Assembly: GCA_051294375.1 (NCBI GenBank) | Contig: CM119264.1 | Location: 24,476,664 to 24,540,663, forward strand | Direction: 5' to 3' | Length of the DNA stretch: 64,000 nucleotides | DNA from: Paraspadella gotoi | Taxonomy: Eukaryota; Animalia; Chaetognatha | Shown here: piece by piece, positions 1 to 12,083 of the stretch | Position numbering within the stretch: position 1 is the first letter of the stretch | Layout of the letters: every line of letters begins with the position of its first letter | The notes under the pieces: model-generated | The model's database searches: none | What the model saw: the letters and a program-made list of their open reading frames with translations, nothing else | What the model was told of the DNA's origin: nothing | Program-made: the position numbers and the translations under genes

Positions 1-990
1 ATATAAAATTACAATATTCTTTTATGAAATATAATTATTTCTTGTTTCACTTCTTTTTAAATCCCATGAGCGCGCTTCATCATCTCCCGCTATCCTGCTT
101 CTCAGTCGACGTTCACGCGACTCTGTACCTCTGGACTTGTTTCTCACAATCTCACGATCTTCATCTTCCGTTTCTTCACATTCCTCCTCCGCGTTCACAC
201 CTTCACGGAGCAGCGATTCCGAAAAGAAGCTCATAACTTTTACTACTCGGGACTCACATTAGGAAAGCCTCGCCTCACCCTGAAGAGTTATAGAAAGAGG
301 ATGAGACCCGGTTCACGTTTTTATTTTCCTTATTCGTCAAGAGCAACGAGCGGGAAACGGCGAGTAGGTGAGCAATTAAGTTTGGCGGGTTGTGATGGAT
401 GCCATGCGGAGACGGTAATTGTTATATTGGTGGCGATGGTGGTTATGCTAGCGTTGGGGGCTGTGTTCCTGTAATCGTATTAATATCATTGATGGAATAT
501 TATTATGAATTTAATCATCGCAATTTGCGCAAAATTGGTCCGTGATTATTGACGTTTCACGACTTCAAGAATCACTGGAGCCACTTGAGGCTTCGCTCGA
601 CGTCGGCGTCGATGACGTCGTCAAGAAAGTCTTTGACAATCTCGTCGTCGTCATCGTTGTCTCTTTGCCCCGTCTCTTTGCGCGGCGGTCTGATTCTATT
701 ATGGGGCTATCGTCGTCGTCGTCGTTATCGTCGTCTCCGTCGTATTTGTAGATGTCGCTTCCGCCTCTTAGGCGGAACCATCGTCGACAAATCGCCCTGC
801 GTCTGATTCGATCGATCGGGCGATAGTCGTCATTTGCGTTGGCGTTTGCATCATTGGCGTTGGCGTCGTTGGCATTGGCTTCTTCTTCTCGGCCTTCGAA
901 ATCGTCATCCAGTCAGACAATCGACTTCGCAAAAAAAAAAAGAAGAGAAGAGGAATTTTAATCTCTTCGTCGTCGTTTTGATTTACCCGA

Positions 991-1035
<45 letters not shown>

Positions 1036-1084
1036 AGAGAGAGAGAGAGAGAGAAGAGAGAGGAGAGAGAGAGAGAGAGAGAGT

Positions 1085-1116
<32 letters not shown>

Positions 1117-1172
1117 CCGACAGACAGAGAGACATTTGAACAGAAAATGCCTCTTTCTCCAACTCCCAACTT

Positions 1173-1229
1173 TTAATTTCGTTTCCTTCGCGGATTAATT
1201 TTTATCTCTCGAAGTGAATCTTCTTCAGC

Positions 1230-1278
<49 letters not shown>

Positions 1279-1690
1279 AGGAGAGAGAGAGAGGAGAGAG
1301 AGAGATATTCCCCGCCGCCCCTCTCCAGATTCACCGAGAATTGTTGTCGTTTGTCTTCGACAATAACCGAAGACGCAGCGGACTCGTCCATCCAATCGCT
1401 TTTCTCAGAAAAGACGCTCGTGGATTCTCCATCTTCGATCGTTTTCATCTTTCTCGACTTTGTCATTCTCCTGGTTTTGACCCGGCTGACCCTATCGGAC
1501 TTGCCCCAGCTGACCACGTCGCTCTTTTGTGCGTCAAAGCGGCCGGATCTGACGCCGAAGGACTCTATCGAGTGTCCGCCCGCCCTCTTCGGGGTCATAT
1601 TGCCCGGCAGCTGTTCTTGCTTGGTTTCGCGTTTGTCTTGCAGTCGGTGGGAGTCGTCTTCGGAGGCGGGCAGACGAAAGACGCGACGGA
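1173..1690 (-). CDS. SH3-domain gene, putative last exon (3' end uncertain)
   Basis: Acceptor cccacctcAG ends at 1691. The phase-1 join gives VRRVFRLPASEDDSHRLQDKRETKQEQLPGNMTPKR..., in frame with ORF 1173..1598. The distal part runs through a (TC)n tract, so the true end may be a donor near 1334. Confidence 0.55.
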
Positions 1691-1859
1691 CTGAGGTGGG
1701 GACGAAACCCGCCGCCTCTGGATGGCGGGAAAGAAGGGGATTGGTTGGAAGAATTGAAAGTATTTCTGTCTTCTGTGTATTATAGTTTATTTTTACCTTA
1801 ATTAGTATATGCTATTTATTTAAATATATATATATCGATCCGCCTAAGTTATTAAATAC

Positions 1860-2008
1860 CGGCTCGCCTCGCCTCCTCTGCCTGGTAGCTCTTCTTCATA
1901 GACTCGTGTACCCATTTGACCGGAACCCAAACGGGAAGGAACAAGGAATGATCGACGCTGTTGTGACAGGGACAGGAGGCGCCGCTGCAGACGCCGCCGC
2001 CGTCCAAC
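1860..2008 (-). CDS. SH3-domain gene, internal exon
   Basis: Acceptor ccccttgtccAG, donor GTATTT, 149 nt, phase 2 in and phase 1 out, matching both neighbours. Encodes LDGGGVCSGASCPCHNSVDHSLFLPVWVPVKWVHESMKKSYQAEEARRA. Confidence 0.7.
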
Positions 2009-2242
2009 CTGGACAAGGGGTGATAATGCGTCTACGAAACCTCACTCCAACGCGTTCATTATTCAACCTCCTCGATCACACCTGCCACTCCATCAATCTT
2101 TCTCCTTTAAAACTCCATTTCTCCATCACTTTATATCTCTATCACTTAACCTCCCCTATCACCGCACCTTCTCCATCAATCTGTCTCCTCCATCACTCCA
2201 ACATCTCCCTCACTTCACTTTCTCCATCACTCCATCCCTCAC

Positions 2243-2429
2243 GATTGGACGGCCATCCTCGTCGGGTCGTCCGGCCTCTGATAAATCCTCTCGTCCTTCG
2301 GATCGACGACGCGAAGAAAAGTCGAGGGGACTTTCCCCTCGCGACCGGAAGCGTCTCTCGCCGTCCACCAACCGTCGGCGTCGGTCGAAAGTATTTGGAG
2401 GATGTCGCCCTCTTTGATGGAGAGGTCGC
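2243..2429 (-). CDS. SH3-domain gene, exon encoding most of the SH3 domain
   Basis: Acceptor tttcccatcAG, donor GTGAGG. Translates to GDLSIKEGDILQILSTDADGWWTARDASGREGKVPSTFLRVVDPKDERIYQRPDDPTRMAVQ, with the SH3 motifs DLSxxxGD, GWW and GxVPxxF. Confidence 0.9.
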
Positions 2430-2760
2430 CTGATGGGAAAGCAGAAGACTTAGAAGATCTTGTTCTGTTCGATGAAGAGGTCGCCTGACGAAGGAAAAGA
2501 TTTTAAGGATCTGTACCCTGCCTGATGGACAGGCTGTCTGATGGAGAGTAGGATGTAGATTGGACAGTGGGAAGTATTTAGAGGATCTCGCACTGATTGA
2601 AATTCAATATAGAGTTCTCCTGATGGAGATAGGAATATAGAGGGTTTGAAAGAGCTCGTTCTCTTTAATGAAGAAGTCGCCCGTTAGGGCAAGGGATTAA
2701 GAGCGTTTTAGGGAGATCTTGGCCTCATTGACGAAGACGTTGACTGATGATGACATGGAA
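2430..2760 (-). repeat. Degenerate ~55-bp tandem repeat in intron, resembling the splice acceptor plus exon start
   Basis: The minus strand shows repeated variants of catcaggcgacctctccatcaaagagggcgacatcctccaaatac, e.g. cgtcaggcgacctcttcatcgaacagaacaagatcttctaagtc and aacgggcgacttcttcattaaagagaacgagctctttcaaacc. Confidence 0.65.
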
Positions 2761-2801
2761 CGAGATGGCGCTCGATCTTGTATCACCCAATTCCCCGTTA
2801 C

Positions 2802-2888
2802 CCTTCTCCTCTTTTTCCCAGTCTTCAACAGCTTGGCAAGCGGTGATTCTCCAAGATATTCTTGTTAGATCCGGGCAGTGGGCTGCTC
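2802..2888 (-). CDS. SH3-domain gene, exon with the first SH3 strand and RT loop
   Basis: Strong polypyrimidine acceptor tctgtctcttcctcAG, donor GTAACG. Ends ...ITACQAVEDWEKEEKG and splices in phase 1 to GDLSIKEG, completing the SH3 pattern AxxD(F/W)x5DL. Confidence 0.8.
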
Positions 2889-2967
2889 CTGAGGAAGAGA
2901 CAGACGAAGAAAGGGGGCTGCTGTCTCTTGTCTAAATCGTTGGAGAATAGAAAGTATAATGGGTTAC

Positions 2968-3029
2968 CTTCTCTCATCTTATCTGTGAAGGCTAGATCCG
3001 ATTCCCGATGCTCTAGAGCGGTGTCCGAT
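2968..3029 (-). CDS. SH3-domain gene, small internal exon
   Basis: Acceptor gagcAG, donor GTAACC. Only one frame is open (SDTALEHRESDLAFTDKMRE) and its phases fit the neighbours. Confidence 0.55.
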
Positions 3030-3189
3030 CTGCTCAAATAAATTTTATTTTCATTAAAATTTCACGAGGCTCACAGTCAAGTAACATTTGCATATTTCAT
3101 GTGTTCGCCAACGTCAACGTTTATTGACTATCTTCGATATGACATATGATCGCATCAAATCCAACCCACTGTTCACTGACCTTACTGAC

Positions 3190-3380
3190 CTTACTGACTG
3201 TTCATCCACGAGCCGATGAAGAGACATCGATCTCCGATCTAGAATCGAGTTGTCGAAAGGATGTACGCTTGGACGATTCAACGAATCGATCGTAAATCGG
3301 ACGGGCGTCTTCCGTCGCTGACGTCGTCCCAGAAACGGCTGGCCCTCCAGCATCGCCTGATCGGCCCAGTTCCTCAGCAT
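3190..3380 (-). CDS. SH3-domain gene, putative first coding exon
   Basis: ORF 3114..3380 frame (MLRNWADQAMLEGQPFLGRRQRRKTPVRF...). Phase-2 donor GTCAGT at 3189, with an alternative 9 nt further. The six exons total 1194 nt, a multiple of 3. Confidence 0.45.
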
Positions 3381-4397
3381 GGCGCCTCATCCGATTCTCC
3401 GACGCCGGTTTCTTTGTTTTTTTCTTTCCTAAGCGTCGCGTGTATAAACTTTCGCTACGAAAGAAGGAATATTCGTCTTAATTCGGCGACGTTGACCGAA
3501 CGAAAGAGGAAAACGAGATTCGGTTTCTGAGAAATGAGAAAAAACTCGGTTCGAATCATCAGATTCACAAACTTTTTTTTTAACATATTTTTAAAATATA
3601 TCGACTACAGATTGAAGAAGAATAGATGAAACATATCGTTGTTGCTTATTACTTAGTCAAACATTTTAAAAGAAACCTTAACAAATTTGCTGAGATGATT
3701 TGTCCCACGAGCTCGCACTCGCCCAGAAAAAGATAAGAGCGATGAGCACGACGTTGCGTGAACGGTCAGCGAGGTGATAAACCTCGCTAAGAACGAGACT
3801 CCGCCCTTTTCTTTTTTATCCCTTTCCTATCTTTTGGAGCGAAGACGAGACCGAATAGGTTCATATTTTGCGACCTCCTATTTACGTTCTCCTCTCTGTT
3901 CATTTTCTATTTCTTTCTTTTCAATATTTTCTTCTTCCTTTCTGCTCTTTTTTTTTATACTACCTCTAGTTATATTTTTCGTCGTCAATTTATTTTTCTT
4001 CCTCCTTCACTCATTTCTTTTCATCCGCCATTTTCTTTTCCTTTTTTCCTCATTTTTTTTCTTCTTTCTTCCTTCATTTTTTTTTCTTTGCTTCTTTCAT
4101 TTTCCTTTCCTCCCACATTTTCTCTCACTTTCTCCTTTGTATTGTCTCCTTCCCTTGAATTTTCTTTCTATTCCTTTCTTCCTCCTTCCCTTACTTTTAT
4201 TTTTCTCCTTCTAGTTACTTACAATTTTTTTCTATATTTTATTCCCTTTTCCCGTCCATTTTCTTTCCATTTCCCGTCCATTTTCTTTCCCTTCTCTTTG
4301 TTAATGTTATTGCGCGCAGCAGCAGTTGATGGGGTTTTTAGGTGCGCGGGTGGAAGGGGGAGTAAAAGGTGAGGGTTTGGCAAGAAGTGGGCGGATC

Positions 4398-4464
4398 AAG
4401 AAGAAGAAGAAGAAGAAGAAGAAGAAGAAGAAGAAGAAGAAGAAGAAGAAGAAGAAGAAGAAGA
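4398..4464 (+). repeat. (AAG)n microsatellite
   Basis: Perfect aagaagaag run; source of the poly-K and poly-F ORFs. Confidence 0.95.
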
Positions 4465-4997
4465 GAAAGAGAGAGAGAGAGAAAGAGAGAGGGAGGAAGA
4501 AGAGGAAGAGGAGGATGAGGGACGGGAGCACAGAAATTTGTCTAACTCACATTAGAGAAGAGAAACAAATGGAAATGACGATATTCGCTTTGAAAGTAGA
4601 AGGCAAAAAGACGAAAATGACGGCGACGACGACGACGACGACGAAGACGATGTAATCGATGACGACTACAACGAAAAAGACGACGATGAAGACGACGTTG
4701 ATGAAAACGGCGACCAGGACGTCAACGGAATTGCTGCAGATAAGACCACGGCCTCAACAAAGCCCCATGCGACTAATACGACCACAAGGACGGCCACAAC
4801 GATGCACAACATCAGCGACGACGACCCCAACGACCAGTATGATGCGAGCGTCCACAACGACAACAACAACGTCGACCACAACGTCGATCGCAACGACAAC
4901 AACAACAACGCGACCGACGACATTATCGATTCAAGACCCGCGAGTAATAAAATCTGAATGGAAGACAAATTCTGGTAGACGAGACTCGAGAAGACGA

Positions 4998-5194
4998 GTC
5001 GTCGCCTGGCTTCGCCTGGCTTCGCCCGACGTCGACTGTTAGCGCCTGGCTTCGCCCGACGTCGCCTGTCAGCGCTTGGGGTTGCCCGATGTCGCTTAGA
5101 GTCGTCTGGCGTCGCCTGTAGTCGCCTTGCGTCGCCTAATGAAGCCTGGCTTCGCCTATTTTCGCCTGGCGTTGCTTGATGTCGTCTGTCATTG
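4998..5194 (+). repeat. 10-bp minisatellite, consensus close to gtcgcctggc
   Basis: Repeated gtcgcctggc / ttcgcctggc / ttcgcccgac units running into an N gap. Confidence 0.8.
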
Positions 5195-5294
5195 NNNNNN
5201 NNNNNNNNNNNNNNNNNNNNNNNNNNNNNNNNNNNNNNNNNNNNNNNNNNNNNNNNNNNNNNNNNNNNNNNNNNNNNNNNNNNNNNNNNNNNNN

Positions 5295-6211
5295 TTTGTA
5301 AAACTTTATGAAACCGACGACGTCCAATGTCTTGTCAAATTTGAGACAAAGTTGGGTTTCATATCCTCACATTTTTTTCATATCATCTTTCCTCAAATTC
5401 TCCATCGTTTATTTTCTTTAGCCATTTTAACCCTTATACTTCCTACCTTCGCAAACTATATAGTAGCCAATCCCTTTTTCACAATTCACTCGATATATAT
5501 ACGACCCAACTTCTTATTCGTCTGCCACGTCTATCCACTATATCCGCCGTTAATTCACAAAGAATGTTCCACGCCTTCCTCATACCCTTCTTCACTTCGT
5601 CCGGCACCCATCCCATTAGCAAAAGCTTCCCCCCCCTCCTCTCCCCACAATCCTACCCCACCACACCACCCTCACCCTACTGACCTCTCCCACCCCTCTC
5701 ACAAATCCGCAGTCCGTTTTTCCCGCTCAGGAGGAGATATTTTTAAAATGACGCCAGCGACGCTTCTAATCCCCGAGCGTCCTAATGGCACTTTCCGCTC
5801 GATATTAATTCATCCCCTCTTCCTTTATATTTATTTTTATTTATTGTCTACTTTGTTGTTCGTATATAGTTTCGCCTTTTTGTCTTGCCCTACTTTTTTT
5901 TTTCACCCTCTCAGAGCTGAGGAGCTTCCGGCGAGACTTTAGAAACGCTTTTAGTGATCTTTCAGACTGTCCCTCGGCTTGTCTGTTTTTCTATTCTGTT
6001 TAATTCGTGTTAATATTTTCCCAGTGATTCACCGTCAGTGTATATTGTATAATGTATAATGTATACTTTATAATAACCCTATGAGTATGAATCGTCCCTC
6101 TCGTTTTCCGCTTTCGGACGCTGCAGTCACGATAGTTTATGCTTTGTTTATTCCGTTTGTTTATTTATTTCGCCAGAGAGAGAGAAGAGAGCGAGAGAGA
6201 GAGAGAGGAGA

Positions 6212-6291
<80 letters not shown>

Positions 6292-6889
6292 GAGAAGAGA
6301 GAAACTCTTCCCCCTTCTCAATTGCCGAGCTGAGAGCGGTTTGTCTTGTGGCCGCGGAAAAAATTCCTTATTTGCGAATAAATCAAGAATCGGATAAAGA
6401 AAAAAAATTGGTGTTTTTTTTTTTTTTTCTTCTTGACTGAAGTCAACTTGGTTTGCACGGTCGGCAACGGGGCCTTCCATAAATCTTCGCTTCTCCCGAC
6501 GGGTTTTAGAATTCTCTCTACCATAAACGTCCTTTTTGTTGCTTCGAAACAAGAACCACCTTCGAAGAGGCGGTTCCAACACGTCTTTTACTGCATCGTT
6601 GTGTAGCATTATAAAACTATAGTTTGGGAGTCGACACGTACAACAACCAGGTTACTTATTTTTGACAATACCAATACCACACGATTTACAAAAAAGCTTC
6701 GTTCACCATATACGGTCAATGCCCCTGAAGGAAGTATTCCTTTTTTTTAAGTCTTTTTTTTCTTCCCCAGATGGCGAAGGAGTGGTGGGGGGCGAGGAGG
6801 GGGGCGTGGAGGGGGAAGAACGATAAAGGGCCAGATTCGCGAAAGCTGCGCAAACAAGGCCGGCCAGGAAGGTCGCCATCCCCGGAGAT

Positions 6890-6967
<78 letters not shown>

Positions 6968-9330
6968 TGAGAGAGAGAGAGAGAAGATGCGGAGCAAAAA
7001 TTGATTGCGGAAGAATTCAACGATTGAATATTGAATTCGCAGCAGAAGTAGGCGTAGAAATTTGATTGCGCTGATTTTACAGTTAAATATTTGAATTTTA
7101 TATTTTTCACGCCGCATCGATGCCGGTAATACAATAAAAATCAAAAATACTATAGAATACTGAAGAATACTATTGAAATTAAATGAGGCTCGCGATTTTT
7201 TTTTTATTGATAAGGGAAATATGTTAATTATCAAAATTGGATTTTACGTTGGTAAGACGAGATGCTCAACAGAATTTTCGAATTTATCGTTAGTATTTAT
7301 TAACTCTAAACATTCTTATACATTTAATTAACTCTAAACAATTATTTAATAGCCTATAATTTTGGTTTTGGGTTTTCTCCTCCTAGTCCTAAAATCTTTC
7401 CAGCCTCTCAATATTAGGCTCGATTAAAAAGAAGTCAAGAACTTATTCAAACAAAGAAGTTTACCACAAATACTCATTGCTAATACAACCATCTCCCCAC
7501 AAATCTACCACAGGCAGCACTGACCACTGACACACCACCACGAACGCGCTCCAAAACAGACTTTTTTTTTAAATGCCGAACCCCGATTCGGCGTGGATCG
7601 TCTCATGCATTGCAAAGGCGCCGCCTCCAGAAAACAGCGCCGAAAGTTGGCAAAGACGCCACAAAACAGATGGCTGAGCCACACGACCAACACCCACATT
7701 GAATACAGCCACCTTAAAAGGCGTACTAAGAAGATGGCTCTGCCGTCCGCCCATTGTCGTAAAACGCCGATTTAGTACTACGGTGTGCACATACCAGAAC
7801 CATCTCTACCCAATTTAATTCATTTTTCATGAATATACTTTGTAGTTATATGTTCTAGTATTAGTAAAATTGAATACGTTCAAAAAACGGAGTAAAGAGT
7901 GGGGAGGGTAAAGATATTAGATATTAGTGTGGAAGAGAGAGAGAAGAGAGAGAGAGCGAGAAGAGAGAGAGAGAGAGAGAGAGAGGAGACGAGAGAGAGG
8001 AGAGAGAGGAGAGAAGAGAGAGAGAGAGAGCCTGTACAACATTTTTGATCGAAACGAAACGACTTGCACTACTTACAAGACTGTACCGTGAGAGTAACTG
8101 CCGGCACGCGCATCCCTGATCTAGTGCGCGATAACAAACCAATGAGGTCATACAGACGTGCAGATCACATCATCAAAAATACAACCATCGCATCTTTGTT
8201 TACCTGAGTATGAGTGAAAGCCACGAGATGAAGACTCTGAAAACGAGACATAAGCATCGATCCGATGGCCTAACCTCGGCCTATCTGCTTATAGCCATCA
8301 AAGACTCACGTCTAAGAAGTAAAAAACTAGTAATGAGTCCTGAAAGCCGGATTAATACTAGCTTCAATAAAATAATTGAAAACACTATTGCAAGACTTTA
8401 AGCGGTCGCACGGACTTATTGTCATTCGATCAAAAATGCTAATCCTTCGACATATATGTCCTAGATAAATACATATTCCTGGCATGTGAAATAAAATTCT
8501 TACCTACAATTTCGTTGACCTCAGTATTAACAAAAATAACGACGAAGTTTTCATCTCGAACAAAACTATCTGCGTACAAACGCATCTTTAACTACATTAG
8601 AAACTGTTTCAAATCTGCTTCCTAAGTTCAACCGCACAACTGTTTCCTTGCCCACATTACCCGACTTGAGAAAAACGAGATAAACAAACAAACCAACAGA
8701 TAAAAGCTGAAGGCCTCGGAATTTGTCCAGACCGCCTTTCGTCTCTCTCTCACATTCTGCTAGAAATTAGATGGTAAGATTGTTTGTCTAATTTTGTAAA
8801 CTTGCATTGTTCACAATAAGACCAGACTTAATGAAAAAAGTAAAATAAGTCATAAAATATATATCAAATACGCTTCCTATCATCCTGGCAGCTCTGGGAT
8901 CACGTCTGCTCTGTCTATGATCGGCTACATCTACATCATACGAGCCGCGCTCTTCCCATTTTCATAGAGAATAACAACACGCACCTTATTCTTCGTCACC
9001 TCGCCCTGCATCAGTACCTCTCTTCCATGTCTCATACGTGCTGCACTCACGCCATACCCTCATCACTAATACATATCTTACACTCTCGTTCCTATATACT
9101 CATCTATGAAGATACTATCATTTTTTACCTTAAAGATAAAACCCGTCTTATTACCTTACTTCTGCTTTTCCATCACTCACAGCATCGGACACCACTCCAC
9201 ATGCACCATCTTATCTCTATGTCATACATCATCATGCAAATAATGAAACTTTTGACGTCTCGCATAAGAATTTTTCCCCATTTAGTTTCTTTCTTGTTTC
9301 ATTATTCATGAATTCTGAATGTCTTCTCAA

Positions 9331-9361
<31 letters not shown>

Positions 9362-10393
9362 TCTTCTCTCTCTGCATCTCTCTCTCTCTCTCTCCTCCTT
9401 TCTCCTTCAAGAAATGATTTGTTTTCCTTATCTCCCTCGTTCTTCGCACAGTCTTTTTCACTAATTAAATCTATTATCCTTTGGATTCAAGAAGAGAAAG
9501 GAAAAGAACATAAAACTCCGGCGGATTCGTCGTCTTCGTCGTCGTCACAAAGCTCGCGGAGAGAAGGAACCTTAAAACTGGGTCACCATGACAATTTCAG
9601 TTCAACATAAAATTGGGTTCACATGAAATTTTTTATTACTAATATGACTAGGAGCAAAGTAAAGAACGAAAAGGACTTTGGATTCGACTTTTGTTTCAGA
9701 AATGGCGTTTACATTACTTATTTTAATTTTTTTTAAATTCTAGTTATAAAATCCAACTGAAGGATTCAGAAAATTGGAAATTTCATTCCTTCAAAAGAGT
9801 AATCAACCCGGTTATTTTAAAACGCTTCAGCTGTAAAAAATTGTATATTCTTCGTCTATTTCTATTTTAAATAATACCAAAAAAACGAGACGCTCGCTTG
9901 TCGACAATTTCTTCGAGCACGTGACGAATGTTTTGTCGCGAATCAGACCATCAGCAGTAATTTCCTTCTCTCGCTCTTTTGTTTTCGTCTTGCGTCCATC
10001 AAACGACTGTCGTAGTATAAAGTCCTTTGACTGTAATCGTGCATATATATTTTTTCCTATTTAAATAGTGGCAATAAAAACAAAAGTTGAAAACGACACA
10101 TTACAAAAAGATTGCATTTCTTGTCGGTAATTAAAGTTACTTTAACATTTACATCACCCTTTTTAATTAGCTTCATCAAAGCCCTCGAGCGAATAACCGT
10201 TTTGCAAAAACCGTCCCAGTTTCCAATAACCCACTTTTGCGTCTCCTCCCTTCACTCCCACTTTCAACTTTTCTCTACTCCCTTCTTCTTTTGCCCCTTT
10301 CTCCATCGCCACATCGCCCACCCCCACCCACTTCTATTCCACATCCACCAACTTCCTATCGCCACACCCACCCAACTGTCCCCCACCCAGGCG
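5295..10393 (+). repeat. Segment A, duplicated in inverted orientation at 51661-56394
   Basis: actttatgaaaccgacgacgtccaatgtcttgtcaaatttgagac (5303) is the near reverse complement of 56350-56391. ccacacccacccaactgtcccccacccagg (10362) matches 51665-51692 reversed. Mirrored ORFs occur in both copies. Confidence 0.95.
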
Positions 10394-11800
10394 TCATTCT
10401 AGGAATTTTCTTCGACGTTCACTAAAGCCAAAAGAAAGAAAGAAAAAAGAAAATCGGGGGAAGAGCGAACGAAGCGTGAAAAGGTTTTATTTTATTTCCT
10501 TTTTTCTTTTAAGAAAAGATAATTATGGCGACGAGAAATTCTTTCGACTCACTCGGAATTTACGAATTGACGAACAAGAGTGAGCACAGAAATATATCGT
10601 TCACTAAAAAACCTGAAGGATAAAAAAATGAGAAAGAGAAAGGATGGAACAAAGGGAAGAAGGGAGAAAAAAAAGGAAGCAAGGAAGTAAGGAGAAGAGT
10701 AATGGAATGACGGAAAGTGTTAAGAAAAGCAATTCAGCAAGGAAGGACAGATAAAAGGAAGACAAAAGACAAAAGGATAAAAAAAGGAAGGAGAAATGAA
10801 GGACTAGAAGAAGAGAAATAGAAGGAAGAAAGGAAGGATGGAAAGAAGAAAAGAAGAAAGAAATTAAAGAATGAAATGGGTGAAAAAGAAGGGAATGAAG
10901 GAAGAAAAAAAAATGATGGAAAGAAGGACGGACATTGTCGATGAACTTAACTCTGAATATTTTTTTCCCGCGGCTCCTTATTTTTTTTTTCGGCTCGTGG
11001 ACTCAAAGCCCTGCGGCTTCTCTTCTACCCACCAAAAAAAAATATCCTCCGCATTGTACTTTAAAAAAGGAGGAAAAGAAAGAACCATTTTTCTCGCTCC
11101 CCACAGAATCCAGTCACCTTCTAAAATCCGGTTTATACTTTGGAATCAATGAAGAGGAGAAGAAAAATCTCGGCGGAACCTGGGATGGAGATTTCATGAC
11201 GTCACATGACGCCTTTTGGATGGAAATGGGAGGAAAGGGGGAGGAAAGGGAGGAAAAGAGGAAAGAAATGAAAGAGAAAGTATAGAATTGACAGGAGGAA
11301 AAGAGAGATATAAATTAAAGAGATGGGATATAAAGAAAAAGGGTAAAAGAGAAGAAATGTAGAGAAGAGAAGGAGTTGCGAAAGAAAGGAGAGAAAAGGG
11401 GTCGGAAGGGCGATGATAACGAAAGTAAAGAAAGGAGGAGAAAGTGACGAAATAGACTGAAAGAGAAGGAATAAGAAAGTGAAGAAAAAGAAAAGTCGCT
11501 CAGTGTACTCTTTTACTCTTTGACGATCGTCGCAGATGGATCCGCGACTCGGATGAAATCTACCAAGAACTCTCTGATTGGATGAATCATCGGCGGAATC
11601 AACCAATGAGAAGACGGGCTTCATGCCATCGGAAAACGAGCCCGTGTCGATGATCCGATTGTAGAGTATAAATACCTGACCATTTGGATTGAATTGAATC
11701 CATCTGTCTCAAATTCTGGACACCGTCTTTGTTTGTGACTTTTCTCAGATTATAATCCACTTTGGTTTCATGTTGAAATCTCTGTCTACTTACTTAAATG

Positions 11801-11844
11801 TGATAGCAGTGGTGGGATTCGAACCCACGCCTCCGCAGAGACTG
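11801..11844 (-). pseudogene. 3' half of tRNA-Leu (PBS-like fragment)
   Basis: Minus strand cagtctctgcggaggcgtgggttcgaatcccaccactgcta-tca closely matches the metazoan tRNA-Leu(AAG/TAG) variable arm, T arm and acceptor strand, plus a CCA-like end. The 5' half is absent. Confidence 0.85.
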
Positions 11845-12083
11845 CTGATGTTAGTCTGTGTGAGAACATCGATGAATAATCTTTAGTAAACAACAATCGA
11901 TACAAAATCTAAGTAAAAACATTCCTTAAGAAACCAAGGAAGCATTTTGGTTGAACCGACGATTTTTCTCTCGGTGATAAGTTAAAAAGCATTAACTATT
12001 AGTTTTGAGATACTTAATCATAAAAGATAAATTTTAACTTTAGAAATTGTGATATAAATCCTTTCTTTTCGTTGTTTAGGAGA

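Noticed and set aside
565-930. Possible extra 3' exon of the SH3 gene (acidic, low-complexity frames on the minus strand)
   Set aside because: No phase-consistent splice from the upstream exon was found and several frames are equally plausible.
2243-2888. Assigning the symbol NPHP1 or CRK
   Set aside because: Similarity is limited to the SH3 domain; no SH2 or NPHP1-specific regions are visible.
6148-6880. Candidate minus-strand exons (MATFLAGLVCAAFANLALY..., LEPPLRRWFLF...)
   Set aside because: No recognisable domain or consistent splice chain; frames differ between the duplicate copies.
11801-11844. Functional tRNA-Leu gene
   Set aside because: Only the 3' half is present; D arm and anticodon are missing in both copies.
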